Positions 26,506-32,000 of a DNA stretch of 32,000 bases are shown here, piece after piece. Under the pieces are notes generated by a model. That model saw nothing but the letters and a program-made list of their open reading frames with translations, had not been told where the DNA came from and ran no database searches. The stretch is from positions 8,418 to 40,417 of the forward strand of contig CAYHAA010000021.1 of NCBI GenBank assembly GCA_964354495.1. Direction: 5' to 3'. The stretch comes from an uncultured archaeon (GTDB taxonomy: Archaea > Asgardarchaeota > Thorarchaeia > Thorarchaeales > Thorarchaeaceae). The translations under genes and the position numbers were made by a program. The stretch's first letter is position 1. Each line of letters opens with the position of its first letter.

Positions 26506-26811
26506 CTAACCGAATAGACTTCCAAGTCCAGCGGTGAACTCTTCCTCTTTCTCTTCCTTCTTCTTCTCTTCCTTCTTGCCCTCAGCTGGTGCTGCTGCTC
26601 CGCCGGCTGCGGCTGGAGCTGCTGCTACTGGCATGGCGGCTGCACTCTTCAAGGCCTCATCGATATTGACGCCTTCAAGTGCGGCAAGCAACGCTTTGAC
26701 TCTGCCCTTGTCAGGTGTAGCACCTGCCGCGGTCAGAACATCTTCCATTGCCTTGGCTGACAGTTTTTGGCCAGTCTTGTGGAGCAGAAGTGCTGCGTAT
26801 ACATATTCCAT
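26506..26811 (-). CDS. rpl12: 50S ribosomal stalk protein P1 (L12)
   Basis: [11 protein letters not shown]..., Ala-rich hinge and C-terminal AGLGSLFG. Confidence 0.97.
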   Translation of the reverse strand: MEYVYAALLLHKTGQKLSAKAMEDVLTAAGATPDKGRVKALLAALEGVNIDEALKSAAAMPVAAAPAAAGGAAAPAEGKKEEKKKEEKEEEFTAGLGSLFG

Positions 26812-26831
26812 TGTTCTTACCTCTTGATTGT

Positions 26832-27842
26832 TTATCCAAACAGGCCTCCGATGCCTGCTACAGATTCTCCCTCTTCCTCGTCTTTTTCAGGCTTGGCTGA
26901 CTTTGCGGCTGCTTCAGCAGGAGCTTCAGCAACAGGTGCTGCAGCCTTGACATGACTCATGATTTCTGAGGGTATTGCGCTCGGATCCCTTGCTGATATT
27001 GCTGCCGCTAACGCGAATGCCTCTGAGTTCGCCTTGGAGAGGAACTGGTCTAGCATTTCTGGTACGAAGAATCCAATGTGTAGAGCCAGGCTCTTCGCTT
27101 CCATGTTTGCCTTAGCAATGATGAACGGAATTGTTTCCGCAGTTGGGAATCCGGTATTGACTGAAAGATTGATTGCAAGTTGATGACCCAAGATGACTTG
27201 ACTGAATAGTTCCTCAAGGTCAACCTCAATGCTGTCTGATGTGAGAACCTCACCATCAGCGTATGCTGCAATCAACTTGAGCTGCAGTTCTATTGGCTGA
27301 ATCCCAAGTCGGTTCAGCATCTGTGCCATCGCATTCGAAATGATGTTTCCGGCCTTGACAGCAACAGTATCATCAGTGATTTGAATTACACCACCCTTGA
27401 CGCGTGCTGGAATCTTCAGGCCTGCAAGTTCACTGATGAAGGGTCCTGGTGCAACTCCAGTGTTCATCGCTGGAATCAAGACATCGACTGGAGCAACTTG
27501 ACCGCCCTTTGCTGGTGCTGCTGCCTTGTTCTCACGAAGGAATTTGCTCAGAGCAAAGGGGTCCTGATCACTGAAGATAAACGCCACTGGTCCCTTGACA
27601 TACTTGGTCAAGTCCTTGACGTTCTTCTTCTTGGACATCTCCAGAGCTCGAATCATTAGGGTGTTTCTGGCCTTTTTGAGGACCGCTGACCCTCTCAGAC
27701 TGTCTCTGATTCCTCCAATCTGCTTTGCGCCTACGCCCTCAACGTTCACGAGACCAACCATTTTGCTCTCGTTGATGGCTGTGACAAGTTTTTCAACCAT
27801 GTCCGTCTTCCATTGAGGAATATGCTTCTCGTATACTGACAC
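26832..27842 (-). CDS. rplP0: 50S ribosomal protein uL10 (P0)
   Basis: [28 protein letters not shown] and C-terminal AGIGGLFG. Confidence 0.97.
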   Translation of the reverse strand: MSVYEKHIPQWKTDMVEKLVTAINESKMVGLVNVEGVGAKQIGGIRDSLRGSAVLKKARNTLMIRALEMSKKKNVKDLTKYVKGPVAFIFSDQDPFALSKFLRENKAAAPAKGGQVAPVDVLIPAMNTGVAPGPFISELAGLKIPARVKGGVIQITDDTVAVKAGNIISNAMAQMLNRLGIQPIELQLKLIAAYADGEVLTSDSIEVDLEELFSQVILGHQLAINLSVNTGFPTAETIPFIIAKANMEAKSLALHIGFFVPEMLDQFLSKANSEAFALAAAISARDPSAIPSEIMSHVKAAAPVAEAPAEAAAKSAKPEKDEEEGESVAGIGGLFG

Positions 27843-27856
27843 TTGGTATCACCGAC

Positions 27857-28513
27857 CTACCCAGATATCTCAATAACTGGTCCCATGGTCGTCTTGACCA
27901 TGATGTGGCTGATCCTCGCTTTGAATCCCTTACTCTCGACGAAGTTCAGGACAGCAGCGATATTATCTGCAATCTCTCTGTCACTCATCTTCTCATGACC
28001 CACTTTCACATGGAATGTGGGCGTGTTTCTCATTCTGATACGGACAGTCCGATGGTACTGACTCACTATCAGGTTCAGATCTGCCTGTGGTGGAAATGGA
28101 CGTGGCATTTTTCCTCTCGAACCGAGTGCCTGTCCTAGATAGCGACCTACTAGCGGCATTGCGTCTACCGCTGCGATGAAGTAGTCGTAGCTCTTTGCAA
28201 GCGTCTTCCTATCCCTTTTCTCTTCTCCAACCTTTGGGATATCCTCCTTAGATACGACGCGCTCGGCCCCAGCGGCAATTGCTTTCTCAGCAAACTCGCC
28301 GCCACCAATAGCACAGATCTTTGGCAGTGGATAGAGCGTGTTGGGGAGTACAAGCTCTTGGTTGATTCTGTTCTCAGGCTTAGATACGTCAAGTTCCCTC
28401 TTTCTGAAGTTGACAGCAAGGTCAAAACTCTGCTCGAACTTGATGTGCCTCTCAGTACCCTTTGTCCTGGCCTCAGTAACTGCTGTCTGTATATCCTCGA
28501 TTCTTATTGGCAT
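27857..28513 (-). CDS. rpl1: 50S ribosomal protein uL1
   Basis: KFEQSFDLAVNF, GRYLGQALGSRGKMP and KTTMGP. Confidence 0.96.
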   Translation of the reverse strand: MPIRIEDIQTAVTEARTKGTERHIKFEQSFDLAVNFRKRELDVSKPENRINQELVLPNTLYPLPKICAIGGGEFAEKAIAAGAERVVSKEDIPKVGEEKRDRKTLAKSYDYFIAAVDAMPLVGRYLGQALGSRGKMPRPFPPQADLNLIVSQYHRTVRIRMRNTPTFHVKVGHEKMSDREIADNIAAVLNFVESKGFKARISHIMVKTTMGPVIEISG

Positions 28514-28519
28514 GCACTA

Positions 28520-29020
28520 TCACTTCCTCAATGGTCCTTCTAGCTGGGCATCCCATTGTCCTCCGCGGACGTCACTCTGGAACTCCTTTGCGGTCTTTCC
28601 CTCGATTGTGACGCCCATCTGACCGCACGTTCCAGCTATTGTCAGGACTGCAGCCTTCATGGTCTGTGCTGAGAGATCATTTGCTTTTCCCTTTGCGATA
28701 TTCTTCAACTGATCTACGGTGAGATTGCCTATGATTGTGGCTTTTGGTGCTCCAGAGCCTTTTGGTGCTCCTACCTCTTTCAGTATCAATGCACTGGTTG
28801 GAGGTGTGCCCACTTCAATCTTAAAGCTCTTATCGTTCGGGTTGACTGTAATTTTCACAGGAACCTTCAATCCCGCAAAGGGCTGTGTGACCTCATTGAT
28901 TTTGGTCACGACTTGGAAGATATTGACACCTGTAGGTCCAAGAGCTGGACCTATGGGTGGTCCTCCGCTGGCCTTCCCACCTTCAACCATAGCTTCAACA
29001 GTAATTGGTTTTTCACTCAA
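28520..29020 (-). CDS. rpl11: 50S ribosomal protein uL11
   Basis: VEGGKASGGPPIGPALGPTGVN, VGTPPTSALI and GTCGQMGVTIEG. Start probably TTG 29020 (or GTG 29029), not 29062. Confidence 0.95.
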   Translation of the reverse strand: MSEKPITVEAMVEGGKASGGPPIGPALGPTGVNIFQVVTKINEVTQPFAGLKVPVKITVNPNDKSFKIEVGTPPTSALILKEVGAPKGSGAPKATIIGNLTVDQLKNIAKGKANDLSAQTMKAAVLTIAGTCGQMGVTIEGKTAKEFQSDVRGGQWDAQLEGPLRK

Positions 29021-29037
29021 TTCATTCACGACTCCTG

Positions 29038-29125
29038 ATGCAGTGCACTCGGGCGTACGCAACGCTTCCGATGGTATCGACCTGCAGGACAGAAGTCTTG
29101 CTATATCCAGTCAGGTCTACTGCAT
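29038..29125 (-). promoter_or_regulatory. Structured 5' leader of the rpl11-rpl1-rplP0-rpl12 operon
   Basis: ATGCAGT/ACTGCAT (29119-29125 with 29038-29044) and GACCTG/CAGGTC stems, downstream of a TATTAAG box near 29160 and directly abutting the SD. Confidence 0.45.
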
Positions 29126-29317
29126 TCGCTGTCACTTTTTTCACCCCGGACAATGGGCTTAATACCCATGTCAGATTAAGAGGATAGGCTCGCTCGTGTG
29201 AGTTCCTGTTTTAAGGCTTGCGACATAACAACATATGAGCTGGGCTGAGTCAGATTTCAGTTCACGCCTTTGTCCATCTCATCTGAAATTCGGATGCATC
29301 AAGAGACTGAGTTCGGA

Positions 29318-30016
29318 CTACTCGTCATCAGGTGGATGTGCCCAGAAAGAGTCCTCATCATCGAACTCATCAAAGGATGATGCTTTGACTTCCTCACCCT
29401 CTGCAGTAGTCACCTTTGGTGCTTCCTGCTTCACTGCTCTCTCAACAATCTTGGCAAAGTCTGCGTGAACCCTTACAGGTATCGTGTAAGGGCTATCTAG
29501 GAGCTCGAGGATGAGCTCTTCCTTCCCCGCATCTACACGTTGGACCTTTGCACGTTCTCCCTTGAATGGACCGGAGATGATCTCGACAACGTCGCCCTCG
29601 GAAATACCTTCTGCTGCTGGTGGCGGTGCCAAGAACCTGTCAATCTCGCTCAGGCTGACCTTTCCTCCGACCCGGCCACGTACATGGGGGACTCCGGAGA
29701 TAGCAATCTCGACATCCCTGAACTCTGTAGTTTCGATGAAGACGTAACCACGTAGGGTTTCAGGAACCAGTATTGCCTTGATTCTTCCAAGTAGTTGATT
29801 CTTCGAGATGAGTTTGGGCTCGCCATCCCTCTTCTCTCTCTTTTTGCAGCCCTTCATATGCTGCTTGGTCGCCTTCTCCGAGGAGAACTCCTCAGAGCAA
29901 AACGGACACCTCCAAACATCTCCTTCTCCAATCACAGCTGTTGTGATCAGATCTGTCACACTTCGTTCTTGTCCAATCGTTGTTCTCACGGCATAGATGC
30001 TTGTGGAGCTTTCCAT
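29318..30016 (-). CDS. spt5: Transcription elongation factor Spt5/NusG with a zinc-finger insertion and an acidic tail
   Basis: NGN motifs IYAVRTTIGQE and LRGYVFIE, KOW motif EGDVVEIISGPFKGERAKV. Lies between secE and rpl11. Confidence 0.95.
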   Translation of the reverse strand: MESSTSIYAVRTTIGQERSVTDLITTAVIGEGDVWRCPFCSEEFSSEKATKQHMKGCKKREKRDGEPKLISKNQLLGRIKAILVPETLRGYVFIETTEFRDVEIAISGVPHVRGRVGGKVSLSEIDRFLAPPPAAEGISEGDVVEIISGPFKGERAKVQRVDAGKEELILELLDSPYTIPVRVHADFAKIVERAVKQEAPKVTTAEGEEVKASSFDEFDDEDSFWAHPPDDE

Positions 30017-30127
30017 TTTTCTACACTTCCTATCAATCTTGATACTCTACTCTAAAGTTCGCAATAGGGATGAGGCTTGGCAGCATGAGCTGAGATTCAG
30101 CTGCAAGTACAAGGTATTGAAACTGAG

Positions 30128-30316
30128 TTATGTGGCTGTTGTGCCCCATGTGGCTGTGACCACTGTCATGATGACTTGGATTATGAAACTCACAATGCCC
30201 ACAAGGAACATTGCAAGGAGACTAATCTTTGTACTAGTCCAGAGTTCTGACCGAGATGGCTTTGTAGCCAATTTCAGAATCCTTCTGCTGTCGTTAATGA
30301 AGGAACTAATACCCAT
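30128..30316 (-). CDS. secE: Protein translocase subunit SecE/Sec61-gamma
   Basis: RRILKLATKPSRSEL followed by one TM helix; conserved position upstream of spt5. Confidence 0.92.
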   Translation of the reverse strand: MGISSFINDSRRILKLATKPSRSELWTSTKISLLAMFLVGIVSFIIQVIMTVVTATWGTTAT

Positions 30317-30414
30317 CTTGTCATCACGTCCCTATGGAATGCTGCTTGCGCAGCATGGGATTCGTGAGATTCTGAACTCGTTCTCTTTTAACATTTGCTG
30401 AGCATCCAAATGGA

Positions 30415-31542
30415 CTATGTCAACCGGGGAACGCCCAGATCGGTCCTGAGATCGTCCACTAGGGGAGCGAAAGGTTCAGCCTTGTCGAAGACGTAGGGTG
30501 AATTGACCCCTGACGCTATTATTGTGACACGAAGGCGGCCTTCGAGCTCCGGCATGATCAACGCTCCGTAGATTATCTCCGCCCCTGGATTCACCTGTTC
30601 AGTCACTAGTTCGATTACACGCTTCACCTCGAGAAGCTGCAGGTCCGCGTTACCGCTGACATTTACAAGGAGATTGCGTGCATTCTCAATCGACACATCA
30701 ATCAGTGGATTGCGCAGGGCATTGACTACTGCATCTTCTGCTCTATTCTCACCATCTGCCTCGCCGAGTGCAATGATTGACACTCCACCATTCTTCATTG
30801 TGGTTCTCACGTCAGCAAAGTCCAAGTTCACAAGGCCTGGCTTTGAGATTAGCTCTGCTATTCCCTTCACAGCCCTGACAAGGACTTCATCAGCAACCAT
30901 GAACGCCTCCGGCAGTGAGAGATCAGGAGCTATCTCCAGGAGTTTCTCATTTGGTATTGCGATAAGAGTATCAACATGCTCCATCAAGGCATTGAGTCCT
31001 CGAGTGGCGTTCTTCTTTCTGGTTGCGCCCTCGACCTCAAATGGCAGGCATACTATGGCCACTGTAAGAGCGCCATTCTCCTTTGCTGCCTTAGCTATAT
31101 GCGCCGCTGCACCGGTTCCTGTTCCACCACCCATCCCGGCTGTTATGAAGACGAGGTCTCCCCTTACCGTGTCTTTAATGCTGTCATATGTTTCAATGGC
31201 TGCGGCCTCTCCAATGTCCGGATTATTTCCAGCACCAAGTCCTCCGCAGGTCTCCCTACCCAAGAGTAGCTTGTGATGAGAGTTACAGAAGTACAGATCC
31301 TGTGCATCCGTATTCACTGCGAGAGTCTCTGCACCTTCGACGCCCACTTCCATGAGGCGGGTGATTGCATTGTTTCCCGCGCCACCAACGCCTACGACAA
31401 GGATTCTGGCATTGACAGACTCGAGCAGTTCTTCGAGTTCTTCATCGGTGGTAGCTGATTTGGGTACATTCTTTCCGCGTTTCATCTTCGGGTCGCGTCT
31501 TCCGCTTGTTGAACTAAGGGCTTCTTCTAATAATGGATGCAT
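30415..31542 (-). CDS. ftsZ: Cell division protein FtsZ (FtsZ1 type)
   Basis: VGVGGAGNNA, AVNTDAQDL, tubulin signature GMGGGTGTG, NLDFADV, and an archaeal N-terminal extension with DEEL. Start ATG 31542 (GTG 31551 is an alternative). Confidence 0.97.
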   Translation of the reverse strand: MHPLLEEALSSTSGRRDPKMKRGKNVPKSATTDEELEELLESVNARILVVGVGGAGNNAITRLMEVGVEGAETLAVNTDAQDLYFCNSHHKLLLGRETCGGLGAGNNPDIGEAAAIETYDSIKDTVRGDLVFITAGMGGGTGTGAAAHIAKAAKENGALTVAIVCLPFEVEGATRKKNATRGLNALMEHVDTLIAIPNEKLLEIAPDLSLPEAFMVADEVLVRAVKGIAELISKPGLVNLDFADVRTTMKNGGVSIIALGEADGENRAEDAVVNALRNPLIDVSIENARNLLVNVSGNADLQLLEVKRVIELVTEQVNPGAEIIYGALIMPELEGRLRVTIIASGVNSPYVFDKAEPFAPLVDDLRTDLGVPRLT

Positions 31543-31629
31543 ATTGACCACTCACATCTGACTACGAGTGTTATTATCCACGTATTATTTCAAGAAAAAG
31601 TAGAATACTACCCTGATAATACAAGGCGA

Positions 31630-32000
31630 TTACCTGTTTTTCCTCTGCTTGCTCACCGTTTTGAATGTCTTGAGAACGGAGTCTATCGAGATGTTGTGTT
31701 GACGTAGGAACCTTGCAGCCTCCTCTAGGGAGGGCTGTCCATTCTGCGCGCCCTGTTTTGTGATTGTCATTGCAGCCACGGCATTTGCCATGTTCAGTGC
31801 CTGCTCAATCCTCTCCGACCGGATCCATGCAGTGATGAATCCTGCTGCAAACGAGTCACCTGCTCCCATTGTATCCACAACCGGGACCTCGAAGATATTC
31901 GATGTACAATACTCGAATCCGTCTGTTGCGATGGCTCCTTTTGCTCCCATCTTGAGAATTACAATTCCGGGAAATGTCTTGGCAAACGCTCTGAGCTCAG
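31630..32000 (-). CDS. PfkB/ribokinase-family carbohydrate kinase, C-terminal part (5' end beyond the window)
   Basis: VILKMGAKG, VVDTMGAGDSFAAGF and ANAVAAMTITKQGA; the frame is open to the window end. Confidence 0.92.
   Translation of the reverse strand, partial: ELRAFAKTFPGIVILKMGAKGAIATDGFEYCTSNIFEVPVVDTMGAGDSFAAGFITAWIRSERIEQALNMANAVAAMTITKQGAQNGQPSLEEAARFLRQHNISIDSVLKTFKTVSKQRKNR

Noticed and set aside
29997-30401. 134 aa plus-strand ORF and similar antisense ORFs over gcvP, mtaB, thiL, ribosomal genes and ftsZ
   Set aside because: These are shadow ORFs opposite well-conserved genes, with no motifs.

Overview
Archaeal chromosome segment, most likely Asgard (Thorarchaeota-like). This is an inference from a ribophorin-I-like protein, the style of the Ig-repeat surface protein and the ftsZ-secE-spt5-rpl11-rpl1-rplP0-rpl12 gene order. 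Core content: a 5'-truncated ribophorin-I-like membrane protein, an HD hydrolase, trm112, gcvPA/gcvPB, an LpdD-like protein, a SAMP/Urm1-like ubiquitin-like protein, a tRNA methylthiotransferase, a Gfo/Idh/MocA oxidoreductase, SSB, thiL, an archaeal radical SAM protein, a DinB protein, a compact HDAC, the ribosomal/Spt5/SecE/FtsZ superoperon and the end of a PfkB kinase. There are four tRNAs (Gln-TTG, Leu-GAG, Thr-CGT, Arg-TCT), three of them with non-canonical BHB-type introns. Accessory DNA: (i) a ~7 kb decayed island bounded by a 13/14 direct repeat of the tRNA-Gln 5' end, carrying a wHTH regulator, secreted proteins, an MNT-HEPN fusion, an IS5 remnant and a diverged fragment of the resident methylthiotransferase gene; (ii) a ~0.6 kb mini-island at the tRNA-Leu 3' end; (iii) two genes each interrupted by one in-frame stop. 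Other highlights: a C2HC zinc finger inserted in Spt5, an hSSB1-like SSB with a YGG/DRR low-complexity tail, and an unidentified structured ~250 nt intergenic element.
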